64,000 nt of DNA from Bacteroidota bacterium (lineage in GTDB: Bacteria; Bacteroidota; Bacteroidia; Bacteroidales; JACABE01): assembly GCA_026391675.1 (NCBI GenBank), contig JAPLDQ010000021.1, positions 94,060-158,059 of the forward strand, given 5' to 3'. The notes beneath the pieces are model-generated. The model ran no database searches and was not told the origin of the DNA. It was given only the letters and a program-made list of their open reading frames with translations. A program made the translations under genes and the position numbers. How positions within the stretch are numbered: the first letter of the stretch is position 1; each line of letters starts with the position of its first letter. Positions 29,817-40,246 of this stretch are shown in pieces.

Positions 29817-30578
29817 ATGTTCATTAGTCTTTTCTCAGAAAACCATATTATCCGGCTAAAAAGTATAACTTCAACCAATGATTATGCTTCCGGATTAGTT
29901 AAATCCAATAATCCTGCTGAAGGTACAGTAATCTGGGCAAATTCTCAAACAGCCGGCAAAGGACAAAAGGGGAACAGCTGGGAAAGTGAAGCAGATAAAA
30001 ATCTGACTTTCAGTTTTATTCTTCATCCGGTGCTGATAAATCCTTCAGAACAATTTTTGCTGAATAAAGCTATTTCACTGGGTATTACTGATTACTTGAA
30101 AACGAAAATCAATACTTTAGCAGTTAAAATAAAATGGCCAAACGATATTTATGCCGGCGAAAAAAAAATAGCAGGAATATTAATAGAAAATGAAATACTG
30201 GGAAATACGCTGGAAACTGCAATTGTAGGAATCGGATTGAACATAAATCAGTTGAAATTTAGTGATAAGATTCCAAATCCAACTTCATTAGCATTAATTA
30301 CAGGAATGGAATCTGATTTACAGCATGTTCTATTTCAGGTTTTATATAAAATACAGGACAGAATTATTAATTTTTATAATAATGATATTGAGTCAATTAA
30401 TGATGATTACCTGAATGATTTATTGTACTTTAAAATTTACAAAAAGTATTACTACAATAACAGGGAAATTGAAGCCATGATAATGGATGTTTCTGAATTT
30501 GGTGAACTTATTTTAAGAACAAAAGAAGAAGAAGTTATCAAATGTAGCTTTAAAGAGATAGTTTTTCTTCATTCTTAA
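29817..30578 (+). CDS. birA: biotin--[acetyl-CoA-carboxylase] ligase (no N-terminal HTH)
   Basis: Biotin-binding loop QTAGKGQKGNSWES, plus KWPNDIY and GIGLN. Confidence 0.8.
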   Translation: MFISLFSENHIIRLKSITSTNDYASGLVKSNNPAEGTVIWANSQTAGKGQKGNSWESEADKNLTFSFILHPVLINPSEQFLLNKAISLGITDYLKTKINTLAVKIKWPNDIYAGEKKIAGILIENEILGNTLETAIVGIGLNINQLKFSDKIPNPTSLALITGMESDLQHVLFQVLYKIQDRIINFYNNDIESINDDYLNDLLYFKIYKKYYYNNREIEAMIMDVSEFGELILRTKEEEVIKCSFKEIVFLHS

Positions 30579-30607
30579 TTAAGCAAATCAGCAAAAAGCA
30601 CAAACTT

Positions 30608-31720
30608 TTATTTTTTATCCTTTTTATCCAGAATATCAGTCTGAATCTGAATGGATTCATCATGTAATATTTCGAGTAATTTTTGAATAAAAGCAGCACT
30701 TAAGCCTAATTCCTTTGCCTTTTTTACTCGCATACATATAATTTCGTTCCATCGTTTAATCTGAAGAATCGTAATATTGTTCTGCTTTTTGTATTCACCA
30801 ATCTGGGTTACCAGATTCATGCGTTTGGCAAGGACTTGTATCAACTCATCATCTGCATCATCTATCATGGAACGTAGCGTTAGCAGCTTATTTTCAAATT
30901 CCTTATTTCCGGTTTGGTTCCTGAAAATCAAGGAAGAAAGAAAATCATTAAATGCTGCAGGTGTTAATTGCTGCTGCGCATCAGTAAGTGCTGCATCAGG
31001 GTTATTGTGGACTTCTACCATTAATCCCTGAACTTCTAGATCCAGTGCTTTCTGTGCAACAGCACGTAAAAGGGTTCTGTTACCTGCAATATGACTGGGG
31101 TCAGAAATAATAGGCAAATCAGGCAGAATGCGTTTAAGTTCTATCGGTAATTCCCACAATGGAGCATTACGATAGGGTTTGGAATTATAAGTGTAAAATC
31201 CCCTGTGTACAGCAGCTATTTTCTTTATGCCTGCATTATTGATTCTTTCTATTGCTCCCAGCCAGAGTTTTAAATCGGGGTTTAAAGGGTTTTTAATTAA
31301 AACGGGAATATCCACACCTTTAAGGGCTTCAGCCAATTCCTGAACAGAAAAGGGATTGCCCACCGTACGTGCACCTATCCAGATTACATCAATTCCGTAT
31401 TCAAGACAGTCTTCAATATGTCTGGCTGTAGCAACTTCAACTGCTGTTAGTAATCCGGTAGTTTCCTTTACCTCTTTCATCATGGCAAGGGCAGGTATAC
31501 CCATGCCTTCAAAGCCATCCGGCCGGGTACGTGGTTTCCAGATTCCTGCTCTGAAAATCTTAACCAAAGGTATTTTAGCCAGTTCTATTGCTGTTTGTAA
31601 AAGCTGTTCCCTGCTTTCAGCACTGCAGGGTCCTGCAATAACAAGCGGTTGATCACCCAATGATATCCATTGGTTTAGCGGATATATGTCTGTATTTTTA
31701 CTCATTTCTTCTTTTGGCAA
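30608..31720 (-). CDS. bifunctional 3-deoxy-7-phosphoheptulonate synthase / chorismate mutase type II
   Basis: The N-terminus is a DAHPS I-beta-like domain (GPCSAES, IWKPRTRP, DPSHIAGNR). The C-terminus is a helical CM domain (..LRSMIDDADDELIQVLAKRMNLV..). Confidence 0.85.
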   Translation of the reverse strand: MPKEEMSKNTDIYPLNQWISLGDQPLVIAGPCSAESREQLLQTAIELAKIPLVKIFRAGIWKPRTRPDGFEGMGIPALAMMKEVKETTGLLTAVEVATARHIEDCLEYGIDVIWIGARTVGNPFSVQELAEALKGVDIPVLIKNPLNPDLKLWLGAIERINNAGIKKIAAVHRGFYTYNSKPYRNAPLWELPIELKRILPDLPIISDPSHIAGNRTLLRAVAQKALDLEVQGLMVEVHNNPDAALTDAQQQLTPAAFNDFLSSLIFRNQTGNKEFENKLLTLRSMIDDADDELIQVLAKRMNLVTQIGEYKKQNNITILQIKRWNEIICMRVKKAKELGLSAAFIQKLLEILHDESIQIQTDILDKKDKK

Positions 31721-31873
31721 AATTAATTAAAGTTTATTTACAGATTTTTAATAATTTTACAACCTTGAAAATTTTATAATTAATTTTATTGTTAATTAAT
31801 TCTAATTAATATAATTTCAATAAGTTATAAATTTTTACATAAGCATACAATTATAAATTATTTTAAAAAGAAG

Positions 31874-33280
31874 ATGGAAATACTAAACAGAAGTATAATT
31901 AAAGACTTATTAAAATCTGCGAAAAAAGAAGATTTAGACCATATTGTAAACGTAAAAGGCTGGGTTAGAACAAAACGCGGGAATAAAAATGTTGCCTTCA
32001 TTGCATTAAACGATGGATCTATCATCCATAGCATACAAATCGTTGTTGATCTGGCTAATTTCGATGAAGAAGTAATGAAACTTATCACTACCGGCAGTTG
32101 TATTTCTGTAAACGGTAAACTGGTAGAATCCATGGGGCAGGGGCAGCATGTTGAAATTCAGGCTACTGAAATCCATGTTTATGGTACTGCTGATGCTGAA
32201 AGCTATCCCTTGCAAAAGAAAGGACATTCACTGGAATTCCTAAGGGAAATTGCTCATTTACGTCCGCGTACCAATACTTTTGGTGCTGTATTGCGTGTGC
32301 GTCATGCTATGGCTTATGGTATTCATAAATATTACAATGATAACGGCTTCTTTTATATACATACTCCTATCATTACAGGTTCTGATGCTGAAGGGGCAGG
32401 GGCTATGTTTCGTGTAACTACCATGGATGCCAAGAATCCACCTTTAACAGAAGACGGAAAAGTTAATTATGCTGAAGATTTCTTTGGTAAAGAAACCAAC
32501 TTAACCGTTTCAGGCCAGCTGGAAGCAGAACTGGCTGCCATGTCATTGACAAAGGTTTATACTTTCGGACCTACTTTCAGAGCCGAAAACTCAAATACAC
32601 CGCGACATTTAGCCGAATTCTGGATGAATGAACCGGAAGTAGCCTTTAATGAAATCAAGGAAAATATGGATCTGGCTGAGGATTTTATCAAATACCTGAT
32701 AAAATATGCATTGGAAAACTGCATGGACGATCTTCAGTTTTTAAATGATATGTATGATAAAGAACTATTAGAAAGATTAAACTTTGTTGTGAATAATGAT
32801 TTTATGAGACTGGCCTATACCGAAGCCATTGATATCTTAATGAAATCAGGTCAAAGCTTTGAATTCCCGGTATCCTGGGGCGTTGATTTACAGTCAGAAC
32901 ATGAACGTTATCTTGTTGAAAAACATTTTCAGAAACCGGTTATTTTAACCGATTATCCTAAGGATATCAAGGCATTTTACATGAAACAGAACGACGACGG
33001 CAAAACCGTACGTGCTATGGATGTTTTGTTTCCAAAGATTGGTGAAATTATTGGCGGTTCGCAGCGTGAAGAAAATTATGATAAGTTATTGAATCGTATC
33101 CATGAAATGGGCATACCTGAAAAAGATGTATGGTGGTATCTGGATACCCGCCGTTTCGGAACAGCTCCTCACAGCGGATTTGGACTTGGATTTGAAAGAC
33201 TGATATTGTTTGTTACAGGAATGGCCAACATCAGGGATGTTATTCCTTTCCCGAGAACACCCATGAACGCTGAATTTTAA
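31874..33280 (+). CDS. asnS: asparagine--tRNA ligase
   Basis: An OB-fold N-terminus with class II motifs ..[17 protein letters not shown].., GGSQRE and GFGLGFERL. Confidence 0.9.
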   Translation: MEILNRSIIKDLLKSAKKEDLDHIVNVKGWVRTKRGNKNVAFIALNDGSIIHSIQIVVDLANFDEEVMKLITTGSCISVNGKLVESMGQGQHVEIQATEIHVYGTADAESYPLQKKGHSLEFLREIAHLRPRTNTFGAVLRVRHAMAYGIHKYYNDNGFFYIHTPIITGSDAEGAGAMFRVTTMDAKNPPLTEDGKVNYAEDFFGKETNLTVSGQLEAELAAMSLTKVYTFGPTFRAENSNTPRHLAEFWMNEPEVAFNEIKENMDLAEDFIKYLIKYALENCMDDLQFLNDMYDKELLERLNFVVNNDFMRLAYTEAIDILMKSGQSFEFPVSWGVDLQSEHERYLVEKHFQKPVILTDYPKDIKAFYMKQNDDGKTVRAMDVLFPKIGEIIGGSQREENYDKLLNRIHEMGIPEKDVWWYLDTRRFGTAPHSGFGLGFERLILFVTGMANIRDVIPFPRTPMNAEF

Positions 33281-33365
33281 ACATAAAGGTAGAAGTCAGA
33301 ATTCAGAAGGTAGAATTAAATTATTATTTCAAAACAGATTAACTCATAATTCATAACTATAAAAG

Positions 33366-34826
33366 ATGCTTAGTCAGCGGTTACAGCAAAAACTATTACA
33401 AAAACTTTCTCCACAGCAGATTTTGCTGATGAAGCTTTTGCAGGTACCTACTGTTGCCCTTGACCAGCGTATTAAACAGGAACTGGAAGAAAATCCGGCC
33501 TTGGAAGATATGGCTGACAGCAGTTTAAACGATGCTGATGATGAAACGTATGAGGAGGATTATACTGATGATAATTCACGTGATACCACTGATTTTGATT
33601 TTAATGATTATATTGATGAGGACGATGTGGATTCCTATAAACTCAAGGCTAATAATAAATCTGCTGATGATGAGCGCAAGGAAATTCCCTATGCATCCGA
33701 TATCAGTTTTCAGGAATCCATAACGGATCAGTTGATGATGCTTGGACTGGATGAAAGGCATTATAATATTGGATTAACCATTATCGGCAATCTCGACGAT
33801 TCAGGTTATCTGATGCGGGATATCAATTCCATGGTGGATGATTTTGCTTTTTCTCAGAATATTGAAACTACGGCTGAAGAAATTTTAGAAGTGCTGGGGA
33901 TTATTCAGGAACTGGATCCTGCCGGTATTGGTGCAAGAAGTTTACAGGAATGTTTGTTACTTCAGCTGGAAAGAATTGAAGAACAAACAAGCAGTGTAAA
34001 ATTAGCTCATAAAATTCTTGAAACTCAGTTTGAACGTTTTTCGAAAAAGCATTATGATAAAATAATCGAAAAGCTTGACATTACTGAAGATGAATTAAAA
34101 CAGGCTATTGCCGAAATACTCAAATTAAATCCCAAACCGGGTGGTTCAGCCAGTACTTCATCCAAGCTCAATCAGTATGTTGTACCTGATTTTATTATCA
34201 ATAACAATAACGGTGTACTGGAACTCTCACTGAACAACAGGAATACACCTGAATTAAGGGTAAGCCAGACTTATGCCGATATGCTGCAGGGTTATGCATC
34301 CAGTAAACAAAAAACTGAACATCAGAAGGATGCTGTAATGTTTATCAAACAAAAGATTGATTCTGCACGCTGGTTTATTGATGCTATAAAACAACGGCAA
34401 AATACACTTTATGTGACCATGAATGCCATCATGCAATACCAGAAGGAATATTTTATGGAAGGCGATGTTTCCAAACTCAGGCCCATGAAACTTAAAGATG
34501 TTTCTGATCTGGTCGGACTTGATATTTCTACTATTTCAAGGGTTGCCAACAGCAAATATGCCGAAACCCACTTTGGTACATTCATATTAAGGGATTTTTT
34601 CTCCAAATCCATGACCAACGATGCAGGAGAGGGGATATCCACTACAGAAATCAAAAGCATTTTAAAAGAATGTATTGACAACGAGGATAAAAGTAATCCG
34701 CTGAATGATGATGAACTTACAGAAATCTTAAATAAAAAGGGCTTTAGAATTGCACGCCGTACCGTGGCTAAATACCGCGAAGGTCTGGATATACGTGTTG
34801 CACGACTCAGAAAGGAAATCTCATAA
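33366..34826 (+). CDS. rpoN: RNA polymerase sigma-54 factor
   Basis: Region I MLSQRLQQKLLQKLSPQQ, an acidic region II, and the RpoN box ARRTVAKYR. Confidence 0.95.
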   Translation: MLSQRLQQKLLQKLSPQQILLMKLLQVPTVALDQRIKQELEENPALEDMADSSLNDADDETYEEDYTDDNSRDTTDFDFNDYIDEDDVDSYKLKANNKSADDERKEIPYASDISFQESITDQLMMLGLDERHYNIGLTIIGNLDDSGYLMRDINSMVDDFAFSQNIETTAEEILEVLGIIQELDPAGIGARSLQECLLLQLERIEEQTSSVKLAHKILETQFERFSKKHYDKIIEKLDITEDELKQAIAEILKLNPKPGGSASTSSKLNQYVVPDFIINNNNGVLELSLNNRNTPELRVSQTYADMLQGYASSKQKTEHQKDAVMFIKQKIDSARWFIDAIKQRQNTLYVTMNAIMQYQKEYFMEGDVSKLRPMKLKDVSDLVGLDISTISRVANSKYAETHFGTFILRDFFSKSMTNDAGEGISTTEIKSILKECIDNEDKSNPLNDDELTEILNKKGFRIARRTVAKYREGLDIRVARLRKEIS

Positions 34827-35438
34827 ATGGAACAGAAAATTGCCCGTATAATCTCTTATATTTTTCATCCTTTATTAATGCCTGTTTATACTTTTGGCAT
34901 ACTTTTTAATGTTAAGACGTATTTTGCTTCTGTTTTTACATCACAGGGCAAACTCATTATAATGCTGTTTATTTTTATTGCTACTTTTATTTTCCCTGCC
35001 GTTATGACGTTTTTCCTTTTAAAATTAGGGAAAATAAGTTCGCTGCAACTTGAAAAAAGGGAAGAAAGGACACTTCCATTCCTGTTTAGTATTATTTTTT
35101 ACTTTGGGGCTTTTTATATGATGAGAAATGCCGGAATCCCGGCCATTTATTATTTTATTATGCTTGCTGCCACTATGATGGTAATTATGGCTTTAATTAT
35201 TAATTTCAGATTTAAAATCAGTGTACATACAATGGCTATGGGAGCACTAACAGCTATATTAACGGCTGTTTCCTATCGCTTTGGAATAGAACTGCTCTTA
35301 TTAATAGTAATAAGTATAATATTAAGCGGTTTGGTGGCTTTTTCGCGTTTAACATTACATGCCCACCGCACAAGCGAAGTATATAGCGGCTGGTTGCTGG
35401 GGTTTACCCTTATGTTCAGCCTGCTGATGCTGGTTTAA
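34827..35438 (+). CDS. polytopic membrane protein, possibly of the PAP2 phosphatase superfamily
   Basis: Six predicted TM helices. ..SVHTMAMG.. and ..SRLTLHAHRTSEV.. loosely resemble PAP2 motifs C2/C3. The ATG abuts the rpoN stop codon. Confidence 0.35.
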   Translation: MEQKIARIISYIFHPLLMPVYTFGILFNVKTYFASVFTSQGKLIIMLFIFIATFIFPAVMTFFLLKLGKISSLQLEKREERTLPFLFSIIFYFGAFYMMRNAGIPAIYYFIMLAATMMVIMALIINFRFKISVHTMAMGALTAILTAVSYRFGIELLLLIVISIILSGLVAFSRLTLHAHRTSEVYSGWLLGFTLMFSLLMLV

Positions 35439-35466
35439 TTCAGATTTAAAGGTGATACTACCAATA

Positions 35467-35577
35467 TTAATCCTGCCTTTTAGTTGCTTTTTTTTCTTTC
35501 TTTTCCAGTCTTTTTTCCTTTAAACTCTTTTCCGGAGTTTTTTTTGCTTCTTTTTTAGCTGATTTTTCTTTTGACAT
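35467..35577 (-). CDS. 36-aa lysine-rich micro-protein MSKEKSAKKEAKKTPEKSLKEKRLEKKEKKATKRQD
   Basis: Translated by hand. Its own TAATTTTG -7 box lies about 25 nt upstream on the minus strand. Confidence 0.4.
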   Translation of the reverse strand: MSKEKSAKKEAKKTPEKSLKEKRLEKKEKKATKRQD

Positions 35578-35699
35578 AGCATTCGTTTTTTAAGTTGTTA
35601 CAAAATTAAAGAAAATATTAATTATTTGTTAATAATTATTGGCAGCTATAATAAAATGTGATAAAAAATCATATATACTAAAGCTAAGGACAATAATTA

Positions 35700-36776
35700 T
35701 CAAGTGTTTATAATATTGATTTTTTTTTCTTTTGTTCCTTTAATATAGTCATTCATAAAATTGGTATAATCATTGAACTGAGCGTATAAAATATTAAAAG
35801 AAGAACAATTGCTACCAGACTTATCCAAAGGACAGCGCAGCTGTCTGGCTTCCATCGCCTGAATGGAATTCCAGACGTTGAGAAAAGAATCTTTAAAAAC
35901 ATTTCCCAATGGGTTTTCATCGAAAAGACAATATTTAACATCGCCTTTGGCATCGATATAAGCCACAACTTCACCACAGGAACATTCTTCCTTGAATACA
36001 TTATATTCATGACCATTATTAGTTAAATCAGCACGGTGGGGTAACGAATACATACAGGGCTGTGTGATTTCAACCATTGTTTTATTAGCTTTTGAAGCCT
36101 GTATTAAGTCGTATTGAGCATTTGCCATTTCTTCGCCTTTAATGAGTTCATGTATCATACGCTGTTTTGCACGGCCGTCAGGAAACAAAACCCTGAATTT
36201 AAACTTAGAAACACCCAGGGCTGAAACAAACTGATAGGTTTTAACCACATCTTTTAAATTAGAACGGCATAAAGAATAACGTATTGAAACCTCAAGCCCT
36301 GCATCAACTGCAGTTTTAATTGCATGTATGGTTTTGCTCCAGGCTCTTTTATCATCCCTTAACCAGGAATGATAAGTATCCCAGTTTTGATTTTCTTCGT
36401 CAGTGTAGTTAATTTCTCCTGATGAATCGAGACCGATTTGGATTTTGGTAACTCCAGCTTCTTTCAATTCATGGCAAACTGCTGTGTTTAATTCCCATCC
36501 TCTGGTAACCAGTCTCACTTTAATACCCAGCGACCTGGCAAAACGGGTGATTTGCAGTACTTTTTCTTTCTCCAGCATAGGTTCTCCACCGGTTAATACC
36601 ATGCGGTCGAGATTTGGATTTAATTCATAAACTTCTTTAATAATCCTTATAAAATCATCAGCTGAAAGCCTGTCGAAATCTTTGCCTGAAAGATTGTAAC
36701 AATGCCTGCAGGCTCCGTTACATTTTAGTGTAACTGCAAAGCGGAGTTCGTCAGGGATAATGAGTTTTGAATCCAT
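35700..36776 (-). CDS. radical SAM enzyme with a C-terminal SPASM/twitch-like Cys-rich domain
   Basis: CNGACRHC (CxxxCxxC) near the N-terminus, GGEP, and C-terminal ..CSCGEVVAYIDAKGDVKYC.. and ..RCPLDKSGSNC... The start is taken at MDSKLIIPDE (36776). Confidence 0.75.
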   Translation of the reverse strand: MDSKLIIPDELRFAVTLKCNGACRHCYNLSGKDFDRLSADDFIRIIKEVYELNPNLDRMVLTGGEPMLEKEKVLQITRFARSLGIKVRLVTRGWELNTAVCHELKEAGVTKIQIGLDSSGEINYTDEENQNWDTYHSWLRDDKRAWSKTIHAIKTAVDAGLEVSIRYSLCRSNLKDVVKTYQFVSALGVSKFKFRVLFPDGRAKQRMIHELIKGEEMANAQYDLIQASKANKTMVEITQPCMYSLPHRADLTNNGHEYNVFKEECSCGEVVAYIDAKGDVKYCLFDENPLGNVFKDSFLNVWNSIQAMEARQLRCPLDKSGSNCSSFNILYAQFNDYTNFMNDYIKGTKEKKINIINT

Positions 36777-36935
36777 AAATCCAGTTATTAGATTTTGATT
36801 GAATTTATAAATCAAAGATACAATATCCAATTTCAAAATATTAAAATATTTATTCCTGACGATATTTATTTCTCCGGTGCATATTGTCAAAAAAATATAT
36901 AGTTTTGCTATTGGTAAGGCATAAAGAATGATAAT

Positions 36936-39140
36936 ATGATAAAATTCAAAATACTTTTAATTATCTCATTTTTACTGGCTAAAAATAGTTATTCGCAAAC
37001 AGCTCATGATTTGCATTTTAATCATTTGGCTAATCGCTGGGACGAAGGCATTCCTTTGGGGAATGGAATGCTGGGACAACTGGTATGGCAAAAAGGAAAT
37101 AATCTTAGTTTTTCGCTCGACAGGGCCGATTTATGGGATTTAAGACCTATAAAAGAACTGCAGCAGTTTAATTATAAATGGGTATGTGAAAAATATGATG
37201 AAAATCAATATGAAAAAGTTCAGGCACTTGGAGATGCTCCTTATGAAAAGTATCCTGCACCAACAAAGATTCCAGGAGCTGCCCTGGAATTTGATATTGC
37301 AGGATTCGGGAAAATAAAAAATGTTGATTTGTATATTGATAAAGCTCTTTGCATAGTAAAATGGGAATCGGGGATAAGCCTTGAATGTTTTATTTCTGCC
37401 AATTCATATACAGGATGGTTTAAGTTTGCTAATGTTGCTCAGGATTTCAAACCCATTTTAAAATCTCCGAAATACGCTGATGGAAATAAGGAAAATAAGC
37501 CATTTAACAGTGTTGAACCGGCAGGATTACAACAGCTGGGATATCCTCAGGGCTTAATTACCGAAACTAAAAATAAATATACTTATATACAGGAGGGCTG
37601 GAACGGATTTAAATATGAAGTGGCAGTTGAATGGAGAAGAGAAGGAAACGGAATTGTTGGTTGCTGGAGTATTTCATCCAATTATGGAAAAAGCAGGATA
37701 GCTGATGCAGAAGCAAATGTCAGTTTATCCCTGAAAAAAGGATTTAATACTGAGTTTGAATCACATAAACTATGGTGGAAAAACTACTGGTCTAAATCCG
37801 GGCTAATATTACCTGATAAAGTGCTGGAGAAACAATGGTATTTAGAAATGTATAAGTTCGGATCCGCTTCAAGGGTGGGTGCTCCTCCCATTTCACTGCA
37901 AGCCATCTGGACCGCTGATAATGGCAGTTTACCACCATGGAAGGGTGATTTTCATAATGATTTAAATACACAGTTAAGTTACTGGCCTGCTTATACAGGC
38001 AATCATCTGGCAGAAGAACAGGCTTATATTGACTGGATGTGGCAGATAAAAGACCGCTGCAAGCAATTTACCAAAAGATATTTTGGATGCAACGGACTGG
38101 CAATTCCCGGTGTATGCACCATGAACGGTGAAGAAATGGGTGGATGGATACAATATTCCCTTTCACCGACAACTTCTGCATGGCTGGCTCATCATTATTA
38201 TATGCACTGGAAATACAGTATGAACAATGATTTCTTAAAGGACAGTGCTTATCCTTTTTTGAAAGATGTTGCTTTAATGATAGAAGAGTTAAGCATTAAA
38301 GAAAACGGAAAAAGAAAGTTTCCTTTGTCGTCGAGTCCTGAAATTAATAATAACAGCAAAAACGCATGGTTTAAAGAAATGACCAATTATGATTTATCGC
38401 TGGTAAGATGGGAACTGGCAGCAACTGCTGAAATGGCTGAAAAACTCGGTTTTAAGGAAGAAGCCCTGCATTATAAAGATTTAGTTGCTGAATTTTCCTA
38501 TTTAGCAGTTTCTGCGAAGGAAGGTTTACTAATGGCTCCTGATTATCCTTTACCTGCATCGCACCGGCATTTTTCGCATCTTATGTCAATATATCCGTTG
38601 GGAACAACTGATATGGCCAATGGGAAAAATGATGCAAATTTAATTGCTGCTTCATTGAGTAATCTGGAAAGAATCGGTTCTTCGGAATGGTGCGGTTATT
38701 CTTTTGCATGGCTGGGATGTTTGTATGCAAGGGCAAAAGAAGGGCAAAAAGCTGCTGATTCCCTGCATAAGTTTGCCAGCTGCTATTGTTCGCCCAATAG
38801 TTTCCATTTAAACGGTAATCAGTGTAAAAAGGAGTATGATCCTTTTACGCTGGAAGGTAATTTTGCATTTGCTGCTGCTATTATGGAAATGCTGATTCAA
38901 AGCCATAGCGGTTGCATTGAAATATTTCCCGCTGTTCCAGACAACTGGAAAAATATTTCCTTTGAGAATCTCAGATGCCAGGGCGCATTTCTGGTTAGTG
39001 CTGTGATGAAGAAGGGTGTTGTATGTAATGTAAAGGTCGTCAGCGAAAAAGGTGGCAACTTCCGCCTGAAGATTGCCGGTAAAGCTTTGATTGAAAGGAA
39101 AACAACAGCGGGTGAGGTAGTTATTTTTAAATTCAAATAA
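36936..39140 (+). CDS. secreted glycoside hydrolase, GH95-like (alpha-L-fucosidase/galactosidase family)
   Basis: Signal peptide. The N-terminal ..RWDEGIPLGNGMLGQLVW....LDRADLWD.. resembles the GH95 N-terminal signature, and an (alpha/alpha)6-like central region is predicted from length only. Confidence 0.5.
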   Translation: MIKFKILLIISFLLAKNSYSQTAHDLHFNHLANRWDEGIPLGNGMLGQLVWQKGNNLSFSLDRADLWDLRPIKELQQFNYKWVCEKYDENQYEKVQALGDAPYEKYPAPTKIPGAALEFDIAGFGKIKNVDLYIDKALCIVKWESGISLECFISANSYTGWFKFANVAQDFKPILKSPKYADGNKENKPFNSVEPAGLQQLGYPQGLITETKNKYTYIQEGWNGFKYEVAVEWRREGNGIVGCWSISSNYGKSRIADAEANVSLSLKKGFNTEFESHKLWWKNYWSKSGLILPDKVLEKQWYLEMYKFGSASRVGAPPISLQAIWTADNGSLPPWKGDFHNDLNTQLSYWPAYTGNHLAEEQAYIDWMWQIKDRCKQFTKRYFGCNGLAIPGVCTMNGEEMGGWIQYSLSPTTSAWLAHHYYMHWKYSMNNDFLKDSAYPFLKDVALMIEELSIKENGKRKFPLSSSPEINNNSKNAWFKEMTNYDLSLVRWELAATAEMAEKLGFKEEALHYKDLVAEFSYLAVSAKEGLLMAPDYPLPASHRHFSHLMSIYPLGTTDMANGKNDANLIAASLSNLERIGSSEWCGYSFAWLGCLYARAKEGQKAADSLHKFASCYCSPNSFHLNGNQCKKEYDPFTLEGNFAFAAAIMEMLIQSHSGCIEIFPAVPDNWKNISFENLRCQGAFLVSAVMKKGVVCNVKVVSEKGGNFRLKIAGKALIERKTTAGEVVIFKFK

Positions 39141-39205
39141 ATAATTATTCAAAAATTCAAAAATTTAAATAATTAAGAATTCAAATAAATGCATTATTAT
39201 CTAAA

Positions 39206-39901
39206 ATGTTATATATAATGAAAAAATATATTAAAATTCCATATAGATTTATTGTATTGATTGTTTTCTTCAGTATTAATATTGTTAAAGCACAGGAAAG
39301 CTATAATCTTTTAGAAACAACAATTGACAGCAGTTCAGGGAATAAGATAATTGTTGTTGATAAAGGATTAAATTTTTTTATTGATGATCATAATAAAAGA
39401 GAAGAATATTATAGTGATGAAAAAATTAACTATATGTATCTTAAATGCTGTTATCCCTGCAATCAGCAAGATGAATTTACTGTGAAGGACAGTGTTGAAA
39501 TAACTGAGCACAATACAGGGGTATATGTTTATAAATCGGAAAAATACAATGATTATTTTATGATTTGGACAACTGAATATAACACACTACCTTTATATGA
39601 TTTATTTTATATCAGCAGGGATAAAATTATGCGTATAGGGTTTTTACCAATATATTATAAGTTGAGTAAAGGATTAAAGGAAATGTATTATCCTATGACC
39701 GAATTAAAGATCAGCGGAGATGATATATCATTTAAAATCCATTTTACGGATGTCGTCAGCTTTTATACTGCCAGGTTAAAAGAACTACATTTTAAGCCCA
39801 ATAAAGCCGTTGTAAGGATTAAAAAAGGTGAGAAGAAAATGGTATTGAATAACAGGATAACACTAAATAAATTTAATACCTTTAGCAAAAAAAGGAAATA
39901 A
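39206..39901 (+). CDS. hypothetical secreted protein
   Basis: Signal peptide ..FFSINIVKAQE; no recognisable motif. An alternative start lies at 39218. Confidence 0.45.
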   Translation: MLYIMKKYIKIPYRFIVLIVFFSINIVKAQESYNLLETTIDSSSGNKIIVVDKGLNFFIDDHNKREEYYSDEKINYMYLKCCYPCNQQDEFTVKDSVEITEHNTGVYVYKSEKYNDYFMIWTTEYNTLPLYDLFYISRDKIMRIGFLPIYYKLSKGLKEMYYPMTELKISGDDISFKIHFTDVVSFYTARLKELHFKPNKAVVRIKKGEKKMVLNNRITLNKFNTFSKKRK

Positions 39902-39920
39902 TTAATCTTTTCTTATTATT

Positions 39921-40082
39921 TTTTACTTTTCCCTCTTAAGAAAAACCTATGAATTAAACTGATAATCAATCTATAAGGAAATAGATATTATCATTTGAAA
40001 AATCCATTTAACGTATTTAAGAATAGGTTTTCTTAACCTGATTGAGAGTGTCAACTGTTCTAAACTTAATGGAAAAGTAAAA
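39921..40082. repeat. long imperfect hairpin 1 (nested inverted repeats)
   Basis: TTTTACTTTTCCCTCTTAAG (39921-39940) pairs with CTTAATGGAAAAGTAAAA (40065-40082). CTTAAGAAAAACCTAT (39935-39950) pairs with ATAGGTTTTCTTAA (40023-40036). Confidence 0.55.
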
Positions 40083-40110
40083 AAAGATCAAGTCTGCAAA
40101 TCCTTTACTT

Positions 40111-40246
40111 CAAATCTACGCTTTTTAAATCCCTGCGCAATACAAGCCGTAGCGAAAATAACTTTAATGCAATTATGTTTCTTTTGAACTTCGCTATCTT
40201 CTGTATTGCTTGCGCAAGGCCACCGCTATTTAAAAAGCTTGATTTG
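40111..40246. repeat. long imperfect hairpin 2 (~135 nt)
   Basis: CAAATC..CTTTTTAAAT..CTGCGCAA.TACA..GTAGCGAA pairs with TTCGCTAT..TGTATTGC.TGCGCAAG..ATTTAAAAAG..GATTTG. Confidence 0.6.

Noticed and set aside
35467-35577. The Lys-rich micro-ORF as RiPP precursor of the adjacent radical SAM/SPASM enzyme
   Set aside because: It has no Cys or other typical modification residues. It lies downstream with its own promoter, and no leader/core organisation is evident.
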